A stretch of 42,943 nucleotides of DNA from Pseudomonas phage phipa4, in the sequence record OK539825.1, one strand, 5' to 3'. Positions within the stretch are counted from its first letter, which is position 1. Each line of letters begins with the position of its first letter. This document shows, piece after piece, positions 25,844 to 35,911 of this stretch. The notes under the pieces were generated by a model, which ran no database searches, was not told where the DNA came from, and saw nothing but the letters and a program-made list of their open reading frames with translations. A program made the translations under genes and the position numbers.

Positions 25844-27556
25844 ATGGCCGGAAGACTTGGAACACTTTTGTCGGCGCAAAGTTTCGAAGCCGGTTCTTCG
25901 AACCCTAATATTTCAGCCGAATTAAACGAATTTACCGCCGCAGAATACGCGCCGACAATTTACGACCTGCGCGATACAGCGTTGCGCGGCGGATATTCGG
26001 CGTACAAAATCGCGCCTTCGAATCGCTGGCCTATTGTGGGCAAAGAACAAGGCAACTTCGGGCGCGATTATTATTATCGCGTTCACGTTTCGCCGTTGGT
26101 TCTGGACTTGCAAACGGTCGCGTCGTCACAAACGCGCGAATTCAACGTTTGGAACGCATGGCCCGACCGTGCGGCAAATCTTGACGACATTTTGGTAAGT
26201 AATCCGGTCGGTATTGAAATTACCGGCCAAGCGACGCCGTATGCAATGCCGCCGCTTCAAGAACTTACTTACGAAATAACCGTAGGCGTTTCGGGGCCGC
26301 CGAATATCAACGTCGAAGTTCAATTTGACTTTTCCAACGTTCCCGACCCGCTGCCGATTCTGATTACAGGAACGCGCGCGGTTAAGTTCGATATTGTGCC
26401 CGAAGTTCCATTAAACGAAACTTGGGAATGGTTAAGCGACAACATTGTAGCGGTTGACGGAACAGAACAGCGCATAGCACTTCGCGGCGAAATGCCACGT
26501 ATCGAAGAACGATTGAAAGTAATTTTCGATTCTGTCGAAGCCGTGCGCCGTTTTTACGGCGACGTTATGTCGGCAGTCGGTCGGCTTTGGATTCCCGAAT
26601 TTCAGTACGCGACCCGAATTACTGCCGCAAGCAATACCGGCGCGCTTCAAATTTATTTTGACCGAACGAAGACCGACGTTCGCGATACCGAATACGTCTT
26701 GATTCAAACGCCGCTTGTTGCGGCACTTGTCGAAATCGACGTATTGACAGCCGACGGGGCTACGCTTGGTTCGCCGCTGCTGTTCGACATTCCGGCAGGG
26801 TCGCTAATCATTCCGGGTTCGCCCGCGCTTATCGACGACAATACAGCACTTGCGCGATATTCCGTCGATACTGTCGGCGAAGTAGAAATTAACGCGAAGA
26901 TGATTCGCCAGCGTTCGCAACTTACCCGACCCGGCGCAACCGTCGTACTTGAACATTTCGGCGGCGTGCCGATTTTGACGAAGCGTCCGCTTGCAAACGA
27001 CCTTGTACGCGACGAAGTTTCAACCGGCCAAATTTCAATCGACAATCAAACCGGACTTGCCGACATTATTAGCCGTTGGGACTATAGCCGCATCGGCGGG
27101 CCGCGAAGCTTCAAAGTAAACCGTATTTCGAATCCCGAAGAATTGGATTATTGGAAAGCAATTCTTGCGTATGCACGCGGACAGGCGCGCAAGTTTTGGA
27201 TGCCCACATATCGAACCGATTTGGCTTTGGCCGTGCAACCGTCCGACGCGACTTCAAGCTATACCGTCGAAGGGTCGGAGTATGCCGAAAAGATTTGGCC
27301 GATTATCACGCATCGTTATATCGAAATCGAAACAGCGTCCGGCATTCATCGAACCGAAATATTGGGCGCAACTTTGCTTGAAACTGGCAATACAATTCTT
27401 CTTCTTGGTACGCCGCTTCCGACCGGGGCCGGATGGATGGAAGTTAAGCGAATTTCGTACTTGTTGCCTGTACGCCTTGGCGACGATAAAGTAGAATGGA
27501 AGCATTACGGCCTTGAATCAATCTTGAATCTTTCAATTCGAACGGCGGAACCCTAA
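25844..27556 (+). CDS. putative distal tail protein (GTA g12 / lambda M-like position)
   Basis: 570 aa. Position upstream of g13/g15-like genes. Confidence 0.35.
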   Translation: MAGRLGTLLSAQSFEAGSSNPNISAELNEFTAAEYAPTIYDLRDTALRGGYSAYKIAPSNRWPIVGKEQGNFGRDYYYRVHVSPLVLDLQTVASSQTREFNVWNAWPDRAANLDDILVSNPVGIEITGQATPYAMPPLQELTYEITVGVSGPPNINVEVQFDFSNVPDPLPILITGTRAVKFDIVPEVPLNETWEWLSDNIVAVDGTEQRIALRGEMPRIEERLKVIFDSVEAVRRFYGDVMSAVGRLWIPEFQYATRITAASNTGALQIYFDRTKTDVRDTEYVLIQTPLVAALVEIDVLTADGATLGSPLLFDIPAGSLIIPGSPALIDDNTALARYSVDTVGEVEINAKMIRQRSQLTRPGATVVLEHFGGVPILTKRPLANDLVRDEVSTGQISIDNQTGLADIISRWDYSRIGGPRSFKVNRISNPEELDYWKAILAYARGQARKFWMPTYRTDLALAVQPSDATSSYTVEGSEYAEKIWPIITHRYIEIETASGIHRTEILGATLLETGNTILLLGTPLPTGAGWMEVKRISYLLPVRLGDDKVEWKHYGLESILNLSIRTAEP

Positions 27557-28380
27557 TGTCTGATTACGACGACAAAGAAGAAAGCGTAGGCGATAGCGCG
27601 CCATTTGAACTTTACGAATTCGTCGGTTCATATCGCAATTATTACATGACTTCCGACGTTCTGGCGCACGTCTTCAACAGTGCGACATATAACCCCGTTC
27701 CGGGTTTGAAGCGCAGTACGTTAAAAGTCGGAACGCACGAAGACGACAACGTAGATATGACGGTTACGCTTCCGATTACGGAACAAATCGTTAAAGATTA
27801 TGCGTTTCAAACTACGCCGCCGTCTTTGGTTTTGACGATTTACCGTCGCCAGCGCGACGCCGCAACTTGGGTTGCGTATTGGAAAGGGCCGATTGCTTCA
27901 ATTTCGGTTGACGACGAATTTGTAACGTTCAGAACGCCAAGTAAGTTCGGTTCGATGCTGTCGGGCAATATACCGAACGTTTACGTACAACCGCCTTGCA
28001 ATAATGTTTTGTTCGACGAACGTTGCAAGGTAAGCCGCGTAAGCAATTCGCTAGATACGCAGGTTTCGGCGGTCGAAGGTCGCAACATTTCGATTCCGTC
28101 GCTTGGCGGTTTTCCCGACGGTTGGTTTGTCGGCGGCGAAATCGCAATACCTGCGCGCAACGAACGCCGAATGATTGTCGCGCAAGCCGGGGCAATTCTA
28201 ACGGTAAATTACGAATTTGCGCGTATTTCTGTCGGTACTTCGGTTCAGGTTACGGCAGGTTGCGACCATTCTTACAACGGGGCCAACGGTTGCCCCAAGT
28301 TCAACAATCAACCGAACTTCGGCGGTTGCCCGTTTGTTCCGGGCGAATCGAACAACCTATTTCAAAGCGGGGTTCATTAA
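27556..28380 (+). CDS. tail tip protein, GTA g13 (BR0599/DUF2163) / lambda gpL-like
   Basis: N-terminal FELYEF...YYMTSDV. C-terminal Cys cluster GCDHSYNGANGCPKFNNQPNFGGCPFVP. Confidence 0.45.
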   Translation: MSDYDDKEESVGDSAPFELYEFVGSYRNYYMTSDVLAHVFNSATYNPVPGLKRSTLKVGTHEDDNVDMTVTLPITEQIVKDYAFQTTPPSLVLTIYRRQRDAATWVAYWKGPIASISVDDEFVTFRTPSKFGSMLSGNIPNVYVQPPCNNVLFDERCKVSRVSNSLDTQVSAVEGRNISIPSLGGFPDGWFVGGEIAIPARNERRMIVAQAGAILTVNYEFARISVGTSVQVTAGCDHSYNGANGCPKFNNQPNFGGCPFVPGESNNLFQSGVH

Positions 28381-28383
28381 CAA

Positions 28384-30825
28384 ATGTGGATTGCAATTGT
28401 CTTCGTCGTCGCCTTTTTGCTTATGGCGGCGCTTATGCCGAAACCGAACGTCGAAAACGCACGCGCGGCGAAACTTGGCGACTTCCAATTTCCGCGTTCT
28501 AAGTACGGCGACCCAATGCCGCTAGTGTGGGGAACAGTGCGCCAGAAATCGCCGATAACGGCTTGGTTTGGCGACTTCCGCCCGGTGCCAATTCGTAAGA
28601 AAATGAAGACCGGGCTTTTTAGTTCGAAGAAAGTTACGGTCGGTTATAAAAACTATCTTGGTATTGATTGCATTTTGTGCCTTGGCCCCGGCGTTCGACT
28701 TCGTAAGTTTTGGGCCGGTACTTACCTTGTTTGGGAAGGCAACTTAACTTCGTCCGGCGATATTTACATTAACAAGCCGAACTTGTTTGGCGGCGAAGAT
28801 GAACGCGGCGGCCTGCAAGGCACGATTTCGTTTTACGACGGTCGTTTTAACCCGCCGCAAGATTCTTACTTGGTTTCGAAGATTGGCCCGAATGTTCCGG
28901 CTTACAACGGCTTTGCGCGTGCGTTGTTCAAAGCCTTTTATATTGGAACAGGTACGACGCCGGAACCGTTCAGCTTCGAAATTCAGCGCATTACGTCCGG
29001 CTTGCACGCGACTTATTCAATCATGCCAAACGGGTTGGACGTTAACCCGATGGAAATTGTTTACGATGCAATGACGCAAAAATGGGGCCGCTTCGGCAAC
29101 CTTGAAAGCGAAATTGATATGCCTTCGTTTACGGCCTGCGCGCAAACGCTGTATAACGAAGGCTTGGGTATGTCGCTTATTGTTCAATCTGCGATTACCG
29201 GAAAAGACTTGTTGGAAGAAGTAATGCGCGTCGCCGACGGCGTGTTGTATCAAGACCCGGCAACGGCGAAGATTGTTGCGAAACTTGTTCGCCAAGATTA
29301 CACGGTTTCCGAACTTCTTGTTCTTGACGAATCTTCGGTTAAAGAACTTCGCAACTTCCAGAAAACAACATGGGAAAACACTTTTAACCAATGCCGGGTT
29401 ACGTTCAAGAACCGCGCCAGTAGTTACGACGACAGCGTAGCAATTACCCAAGACTTCGCAAATATCAACTTTCAAAACCGCGTTAAGTCTACGGAAGTTT
29501 CGACGCCCGGCGTTACCGACGCAACGGTAGCAAGCAAGATTGCGGCGCGCCAACTTTCAATTTTGAACGTTCCGCTTTACAAGTGCGACTTAACCGTTAA
29601 CCGCAAGGCGCAGAACTTGCGGCCCGGAAGCGTGTTCGTTCTGAATTGGTCGCCGTTCGGCATTTCGAATATGGTTATGCGCGTTACGAAAATTGATTTC
29701 GGCGAACTTACGTCTAACCAAATCAAACTTTCTTGCGTGCAAGACCGCTTTTCGTCGTCGGCGCTTACGTTCGCACCGCCCGAAGGTTCAGGATGGACGC
29801 CAATTAGTACGGAACCGACGCCGGTTACAACGCGGCTTCTTTTTACGCCGCCTGCGTTCCTTACCGGATACGACGACAGCGAAACCCCGGCTTCGTTCGA
29901 TTCTGCCGGGCGTCTTTACCTTGCCGCAGTTGCGCCGGGTTCTACGTCCATTTCTTACGACGCAATGACGACCCCGGACAATTTCAGTTCGTCGCCCATT
30001 CTGTCGCTTGAAAGCGCCCCGTACAACGGCGGCGGCGTGTTGCTGAACGCCTACGCTTCGACAGTCGCCAGCGAAACCCGCAACGATACAAGCGGAAGCC
30101 TTGTCGTAACCGGCGTGTCGCAAGCAAGCATCGAAGGTTTGCAGCAATACACGACGCTAGACCAAGCGCGCGACGGTTCGGCCTTCCTGCTGATTAACAA
30201 CGAACTGTTTGTTTATGTGGGCTTCGTTGACAACGGCGGCGGTCAAATTACTTTCCCGAACGTGTATCGCGGCGTTCTTGATACAACGCCGGGCAATCAT
30301 GCTGCGAACGACCGCGTTTGGTTCATTAGCGGAACCGACGGACTGTTGCCGGAACTTGTTTCGGTCGGAACTACGCGATACGTTAAGCTTTTGGATACGA
30401 CTTCGGGCGGCAAGCTTGATATTTCGTTGGCCCCGTCGTTCAGCGGGTCGCTTACCAACCGGGCCGGGTTGCCGCTGCCGCCGCAGTACCTAACGCTTGC
30501 AGGAAGCCGCACGCCAAGCCCACAAGTAGGCGCAACGTCGATTGCTGTTGCATGGCGCAACCGCAGCCGGGCCGATACCCTGTTGCGCGTGTATGACGAC
30601 ACGGCGAACACGCGGGAAGCTGGCACCGAAACCCGCGTTCGCTGGCGCGTAGGCGGCGGCAGTTACACGACCGTTACGACTTCGGGAAGTTCAACGACCC
30701 TTGACGTAACGGGCAAGTACGGCACGCTAGAAGTTATTGTAGATTCGTTTATTACGGCGAATTCGAAATATTCGACGTACAGCGATTCGCTTACAATGAC
30801 CCTAACGGCACCGCCGCCGCCGTAA
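28384..30825 (+). CDS. host specificity / central tail fiber protein (GTA g15 / gpJ-like)
   Basis: N-terminal domain ...LGDFQFPRSKYGDPMPLVWGTVRQKSPITAW...GIDCILCLGPG...FWAG matches the conserved g15/Phage-tail_3 N-terminus. Confidence 0.55.
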   Translation: MWIAIVFVVAFLLMAALMPKPNVENARAAKLGDFQFPRSKYGDPMPLVWGTVRQKSPITAWFGDFRPVPIRKKMKTGLFSSKKVTVGYKNYLGIDCILCLGPGVRLRKFWAGTYLVWEGNLTSSGDIYINKPNLFGGEDERGGLQGTISFYDGRFNPPQDSYLVSKIGPNVPAYNGFARALFKAFYIGTGTTPEPFSFEIQRITSGLHATYSIMPNGLDVNPMEIVYDAMTQKWGRFGNLESEIDMPSFTACAQTLYNEGLGMSLIVQSAITGKDLLEEVMRVADGVLYQDPATAKIVAKLVRQDYTVSELLVLDESSVKELRNFQKTTWENTFNQCRVTFKNRASSYDDSVAITQDFANINFQNRVKSTEVSTPGVTDATVASKIAARQLSILNVPLYKCDLTVNRKAQNLRPGSVFVLNWSPFGISNMVMRVTKIDFGELTSNQIKLSCVQDRFSSSALTFAPPEGSGWTPISTEPTPVTTRLLFTPPAFLTGYDDSETPASFDSAGRLYLAAVAPGSTSISYDAMTTPDNFSSSPILSLESAPYNGGGVLLNAYASTVASETRNDTSGSLVVTGVSQASIEGLQQYTTLDQARDGSAFLLINNELFVYVGFVDNGGGQITFPNVYRGVLDTTPGNHAANDRVWFISGTDGLLPELVSVGTTRYVKLLDTTSGGKLDISLAPSFSGSLTNRAGLPLPPQYLTLAGSRTPSPQVGATSIAVAWRNRSRADTLLRVYDDTANTREAGTETRVRWRVGGGSYTTVTTSGSSTTLDVTGKYGTLEVIVDSFITANSKYSTYSDSLTMTLTAPPPP

Positions 30826-30852
30826 TCAAAAGAACGACAGCGCGGCGGTTTT
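30814..30852 (+). terminator. putative terminator embedded in convergent gene ends
   Basis: CCGCCGC...21-nt loop...GCGGCGG followed by TTTT. Stops of + and - genes abut at 30825/30826. Confidence 0.3.
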
Positions 30853-32877
30853 GGCCTTCTTCAACCGCCCGCAGTCGTACAGCATTTCGACCGCTTCGTT
30901 AATGTACCAATCGTAATTTATATCGTCGGGAAATTCCGTCGGCAAGTCCATTACAGGGCGCGCGCCGTCGGTTTTCCCGACTTTGTTTCCGCTGGATACG
31001 TAAGCAATATACCCGGCTTCGTTCTTCGGGTAATACCAACGAACGACCTTGCCAAGATAACGACCGTTCTTTTCGCCGCCGCCGCGCACGTTCTTTACTG
31101 CAACGAAGCGCCGGAAGTCGCGGCATTCCTTAATTGTCTTTTCGACCGGCGTTCCGTCAACAAGGAAGCGAACAACGGCGTCGGAACAAATCAGGGTTTC
31201 GGGGTTCTTCGAAAGAATCGAATTCAAGGCCGACCCGCGTTCGCAATAAGCGCCCTTCGTTTTTGCGCCCAATTGTTCGTCAATAAAGCGCGCTTCGGGG
31301 TCGCCGCCGTCTTCCTTGATTGCGACATAACTATTAACGTCGCGGCTGAATACGGCTTTATACCGCGTTTCTTCGGTCTTGTATCCTGTCCATTCTTCCC
31401 AAGACGCAATAAGCGCCCTTACTTCGTCGTGTCGCGATTTGTGATACTTGGAAATAATGCCGTCGGTATTGCCGGAAATAACTTCGATGCCGATTTGTTC
31501 CAAAGCTTCGATAAGCATAAGCAACACAAGTTGCCCGGTAATCGTTACTTGCAACATAAGTTGCGGCGCGTAAAGCGTCGAATACTTGTTGCCAAGCTTT
31601 CCGAAGCTTCCGTTAATGGTAATCTTCAAGCTGTCGGCAACGGTCTTCCATTTCTTCGCGGCTGCGCGGTCGCCCGCCTTCTTTGCCTTGGCCGCTTCGG
31701 CTTTGGCATGAATTCGCGTATTTACGATTTTTTCGTAAACGGTCAAGAAAGCTTCGCCCAAGTGCGGCGGGCAAAGTCTTTGATTAAGGATTGTTCGCGG
31801 GTAAAACGATTCTACGTCGTTGTCTGCCAAAATTATTTCGTCGGTCGCATAGTGCGCCGTTTTCTTTTCGGTAGAATGCAAACCGCCCATGCCTAGTTTG
31901 TACGTCGAACCGCCGATGGTTACTTTCAGCTTTTCCAGTTCGGGCGGCATGATTGGCGAACCCAAGCCGTCAAGATAGAAGCGGGCGTTTCGCACGACTT
32001 CCAGCATTTCGCGAAGCTGCGTCGTTTGATAGCAAACGAAGTCGGGCACGTCGTAAACCAAGACCGTATCGGCGGATAGTGTGGGCTTCTTCGGATAATA
32101 GCCAAGGACTTTTTGAAGTTCGGAGTTAATAACCGCTTCGGCTACTTGTGCGTCTGATTTCGACCGAAGGTCTACGCCGTATTCTTCCGACATTTCGGCC
32201 CGCAATTTCAATTCGGGCGCAAGTTCGTTAAACAAAAGTTCGGTATTCGAAAGGTCGTTGCAGCAATAGGGCCGCACTACTTCGGCGTCTTCCTGCGTTA
32301 ATACATGGTCTTCGGGAAATGGCAAGTCTTGCATACGTTCGCAATGCAAGCGCCCCGCGTACAGCTTCAACGAACCTTGAAGCGGCGCAACTTCGATAAG
32401 GTCGATATGATTGTATCGGCCAATTTGTACGCCGTACTTCTTTTCAAACGCGAACGGCGTTACCTTTTCGGTTCCATAGTTCGGCCCGCTTTTAATGATG
32501 AAATCGGACGCTTCTTTAAGCTTCGCGCAGCTTGCCCCGCGTGCGGCAAGTTCAATCATCGGCAAGTCATAATTGCGCGAATTGAAGCCGACGATACAGA
32601 ACCGCCAAAGCATCCAAAGAAGCTTCGTCGGGTTAAAATCATGGTCGGGGCTGCGTTCAAACGCGACGAACTTTCCGTTATCAAGCGACTTAAACGCTAC
32701 GTAAAAGAAATTTACGTAAGTTTCAACGTCGAAGACGAAGACACTTCCGGCAGGCATTGCCGTTAGTTCTTCGTCCGACATAAATTCGACAGGCCGCAAA
32801 GCCTGTCGAATGCTTGCGGCCAGCTTATCGACGACGCGGCTTTTCTTTGCGACGATAAAGCCTTGTTCGTTAATCAT
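30826..32877 (-). CDS. DNA polymerase, family B, with 3'-5' exonuclease
   Basis: Exo I FVFDVETY. Motif A DVESFYPRTI. Motif B KITINGSFGKLG. Motif C SGNTDGI. AAGGGG RBS. Confidence 0.7.
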   Translation of the reverse strand: MINEQGFIVAKKSRVVDKLAASIRQALRPVEFMSDEELTAMPAGSVFVFDVETYVNFFYVAFKSLDNGKFVAFERSPDHDFNPTKLLWMLWRFCIVGFNSRNYDLPMIELAARGASCAKLKEASDFIIKSGPNYGTEKVTPFAFEKKYGVQIGRYNHIDLIEVAPLQGSLKLYAGRLHCERMQDLPFPEDHVLTQEDAEVVRPYCCNDLSNTELLFNELAPELKLRAEMSEEYGVDLRSKSDAQVAEAVINSELQKVLGYYPKKPTLSADTVLVYDVPDFVCYQTTQLREMLEVVRNARFYLDGLGSPIMPPELEKLKVTIGGSTYKLGMGGLHSTEKKTAHYATDEIILADNDVESFYPRTILNQRLCPPHLGEAFLTVYEKIVNTRIHAKAEAAKAKKAGDRAAAKKWKTVADSLKITINGSFGKLGNKYSTLYAPQLMLQVTITGQLVLLMLIEALEQIGIEVISGNTDGIISKYHKSRHDEVRALIASWEEWTGYKTEETRYKAVFSRDVNSYVAIKEDGGDPEARFIDEQLGAKTKGAYCERGSALNSILSKNPETLICSDAVVRFLVDGTPVEKTIKECRDFRRFVAVKNVRGGGEKNGRYLGKVVRWYYPKNEAGYIAYVSSGNKVGKTDGARPVMDLPTEFPDDINYDWYINEAVEMLYDCGRLKKAKTAALSFF

Positions 32878-32888
32878 GCGAAAGCCCC

Positions 32889-34031
32889 TTAAAACGGTAT
32901 GTCGTCTTCGTAATTGTCCGACGGATTATGCGTCGCTTCGCTGCCAAGGTCAAGACCCATAAGAACGCCGCGCAGGTTTTCGCCGAAAAATACGACCTTG
33001 TTTGCGTCCGGTGCGAAATGCGCTTTCTTAAACGCATGTTCGACGGAAAGAAGCAACTTCGCAGAAAAGCCCATTCGTTCCGGCAAGCCTTCGATTTTGT
33101 ACGTCGAAGCTTCTTCTTTGTGCATCTTCGACAAAACCGCGCCGTCGTCGAAGAATACGTTTCCGTTCGGGCTAAACGACTGAATCGCGCGAACGCCGTT
33201 GTAAAAGTCGTCGGGAACCGGCCAAGGGTTCAGGCCGTCAACTTCGAAAACGACTTGATAATTCGGGTAACGTTCGCCGTAAAGCTGCGTTTTGATAAAC
33301 GCCCCGTTTTCGAAATAGAACGTTGCCGACGACGCCGAAAAGCCGAAGCCGGTAAGGGCCGGGCCAGCCTTGGCGACAGCGACCGCCGCGCACTTCGGAA
33401 GCATCATGCCGGGCGGAAGGTCGATACCGTGCCACGCTTCCAGCAAGGCCGCCCCGTTGGTCGCGACGGCGCTTCCGGCTTGCAGCAAGACGGCGGCATA
33501 GGTTGCATTCGGTGCGCCGTCTGTCGCAAGCCCTGCGACCGCAGCGAAGGCCGTTTTAATCCTGTCGTCGATTGTGGCGCATTGCGGGTCGGGCGCGGTA
33601 ATCGGTACGTCGTCGAAGCCCACACAAGGCACCAACGCCCGGAACGCGCCAGACGATACGGCAAGGGCGTTCGCGGTAAGCTGCGTAATCGACAGTTCTT
33701 CGCCGACCTTCGACAGCGCGTCGATAAACTGCAACGTATGCGGGCACGCTACCAAGTCTTCTTCGATAGGATGCGCAACGGTCAAAACCCCGTCGGAAGC
33801 CGCCGCCCAATTGTGGGCAATATGCCCGAATTGAACGTTCGTCGGCCCGGCCTTTTTCTGCGCGATGGCAACGAACTTCAACGCCGCCAAAAGCGACGCC
33901 GCAGGGCTTGGCCCCTTGGCTTTGTTCTTTCCGGCTGCGGCTTGCTTTCGCGCCCTTGGCTTGCGCTTCGTCGGTTCTGCGGCTGGCGCTTCGTCTTCGG
34001 GCGGAAGCGGAATATTACTGTCGATTTTCAT
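32889..34031 (-). CDS. DNA polymerase sliding clamp (beta/DnaN-like) with basic N-terminal extension and SSB-like C-terminal tip EDDIPF
   Basis: AVATNGAALLE compares with E. coli beta TVATDGHRLAV. IKTQLYGERYPNYQVV compares with KLVDGRFPDYRRV. Ends ...NYEDDIPF. First ATG 34031 has GAAGAAGGGG RBS (track start 34052 is TTG). Confidence 0.5.
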   Translation of the reverse strand: MKIDSNIPLPPEDEAPAAEPTKRKPRARKQAAAGKNKAKGPSPAASLLAALKFVAIAQKKAGPTNVQFGHIAHNWAAASDGVLTVAHPIEEDLVACPHTLQFIDALSKVGEELSITQLTANALAVSSGAFRALVPCVGFDDVPITAPDPQCATIDDRIKTAFAAVAGLATDGAPNATYAAVLLQAGSAVATNGAALLEAWHGIDLPPGMMLPKCAAVAVAKAGPALTGFGFSASSATFYFENGAFIKTQLYGERYPNYQVVFEVDGLNPWPVPDDFYNGVRAIQSFSPNGNVFFDDGAVLSKMHKEEASTYKIEGLPERMGFSAKLLLSVEHAFKKAHFAPDANKVVFFGENLRGVLMGLDLGSEATHNPSDNYEDDIPF

Positions 34032-34242
34032 TTTCGGCCCCTTCTTCGTCAAGTTTTGAAATTGCCGCTTGAAGATAGTTCGCCAAGTCTAGCGTTTCTT
34101 CTAGCGCGTGTTGCAACCAATCGCGAAGCGACAACGGGTTATTATCCGTCGTTACGCCGTATTTTGCAAGTCCAACGATTGAACGTTGCAACAGTAATTC
34201 GCGGTTCTTTTCTACGTTTTTGTCAGGCGATGTTTCGGCCAT
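34015..34242 (-). CDS. hypothetical acidic protein (75 aa)
   Basis: ORF between helicase and clamp genes. Confidence 0.4.
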   Translation of the reverse strand: MAETSPDKNVEKNRELLLQRSIVGLAKYGVTTDNNPLSLRDWLQHALEETLDLANYLQAAISKLDEEGAENENRQ

Positions 34243-34246
34243 TTGT

Positions 34247-35911
34247 TCACCATTCAGCGGAAAGAACTTCGGGATACTTTTTGTTCACCCATACGCGAAC
34301 ACGGCGCGGCGTGCGAAGTTCTGAAACACGCTGCAAAGCTTGATAAGTCGTCGGCGGCGGTTCTTCGGCGTGCCGCTGCCGCCACCAATCGCGCGAACGC
34401 TTCGCAGCAAGCCCCGGATGTTCAAGCATTATAAATTCGTTGAACATTTGGAAGCCGCAAAAGTAACTAACTTTAATCATCGGCGGCTTTGTTAGGTTTC
34501 CGTTTGCGTCGCGCTTTTCGTGCAAATTGTAAAGTACCTTTTGAACGTCGAAATATTCGACTATCGGCGCGTCGCTTCGCAGCGGTTCCAGCGTTCCGGC
34601 AGTTGCAAACAACTTCGTTTCAAAAGTAAATTCGGTGCCGCAGTTGATACACTGCCGGGCCGCAGCGTGATTATATACGCCGCATACGTCGCAAATACGA
34701 ACGGGCGCGTCGCCGCCGCCTTTGCCCGGTCTGTTCGGAATTCGCGGGTCGTTGATTGGGCCAAGCCTTCGAACGTTTCCGGCGAAGTCCGCGTACAGAC
34801 AATTTTGTTTGCCGGTATCCGGCGACGGTCGGGTTCCGCGTCCCAACTTTTGAACGTGTTTGCCCGGCGATAGCGTCGGGTTCAAATCGCCGATAAAGTC
34901 AATCGGTGGATGGTCGAAACCCGTTGTAAGTTTCTGCCCCGATACCAAGCCGCGAAGTTCGCCAGCTTTGAAAGCGCGCAAACGTTCGGTATTGGTCTTC
35001 GAAGGCAACTTGGAATGAACCGGCAAAACTTCCAAGCCGTAAGACTGAATTACGTTTGCGACGTGTTCGGTATTATCAATGCCAGTTGCGAAGATAAGCC
35101 AAGTCGAACGGTCGTAAGCTATTTCGGTCATTTCCCGAACAGCGTTAAAAACAACTTCGTCGGTATCTACGGCGGCTTCTAGTTGCTTGCTATTGAATTC
35201 GCCAGCCGTTACGCCTACTTTCGACAAGTCGATTTCGGTTCGCGTCGGCCTTGCGATAAGCGGCGACAAGTAGCCTTCGGCGATAAGTCGGTTAAACGAT
35301 TCGACGCCGGTTATATCGTAACAAATGTCGGTAAAAATTCCGTTGTCGGTAATAAGCCCCATTTTCATTCGATAGGGCGTTGCCGTGAATCCGATAACTT
35401 TAAGATGCGGGTTAATCTTGCGAAGTTCGGCGATAATGTATTGGTAATGCGAATCTTCCTTGTCGCTTAACAAATGGCATTCGTCGATTAACAGCAAGTC
35501 GCGCCAACCGAAATGGCGAAGATGCGCCGGGCGTCCGTCGTCTTCTTCAAGCCCGCGTTTAATCGCAGGCGCTACGGACTGAACGCCGCCGAATACGATT
35601 GGCATAATCATATCGCGGGAATTCAAGCCCGCCGAATAAATGCCCATTGGCGCGGTCGGCCAAATCGACATAAGCTTTTCGGCGTTCTGTTCGATTAGTT
35701 CTTTAACATGCGTAAGCATCATTATTCGCTGATTCGGCCAGTAACCGAAAATTCGACGAATAAAGTTTGCAATTACGACCGACTTTCCGGTTCCCGTCGG
35801 CATAGCGACGACGGGGTTTCCGACCCCGCCGCGCTGGAAATAATCGAATATTGAATATTCCGCTTCGTCTTGATACCAACGCGGAACATAAATATTAGAC
35901 ATTCTTTGCAA
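34247..35911 (-). CDS. SF2 DEAD/DEAH-type DNA helicase with C-terminal zinc ribbon
   Basis: Walker A AMPTGTGKS. Motif II DECH. CDVCG...CINCG ribbon. Confidence 0.7.
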   Translation of the reverse strand: MQRMSNIYVPRWYQDEAEYSIFDYFQRGGVGNPVVAMPTGTGKSVVIANFIRRIFGYWPNQRIMMLTHVKELIEQNAEKLMSIWPTAPMGIYSAGLNSRDMIMPIVFGGVQSVAPAIKRGLEEDDGRPAHLRHFGWRDLLLIDECHLLSDKEDSHYQYIIAELRKINPHLKVIGFTATPYRMKMGLITDNGIFTDICYDITGVESFNRLIAEGYLSPLIARPTRTEIDLSKVGVTAGEFNSKQLEAAVDTDEVVFNAVREMTEIAYDRSTWLIFATGIDNTEHVANVIQSYGLEVLPVHSKLPSKTNTERLRAFKAGELRGLVSGQKLTTGFDHPPIDFIGDLNPTLSPGKHVQKLGRGTRPSPDTGKQNCLYADFAGNVRRLGPINDPRIPNRPGKGGGDAPVRICDVCGVYNHAAARQCINCGTEFTFETKLFATAGTLEPLRSDAPIVEYFDVQKVLYNLHEKRDANGNLTKPPMIKVSYFCGFQMFNEFIMLEHPGLAAKRSRDWWRQRHAEEPPPTTYQALQRVSELRTPRRVRVWVNKKYPEVLSAEW

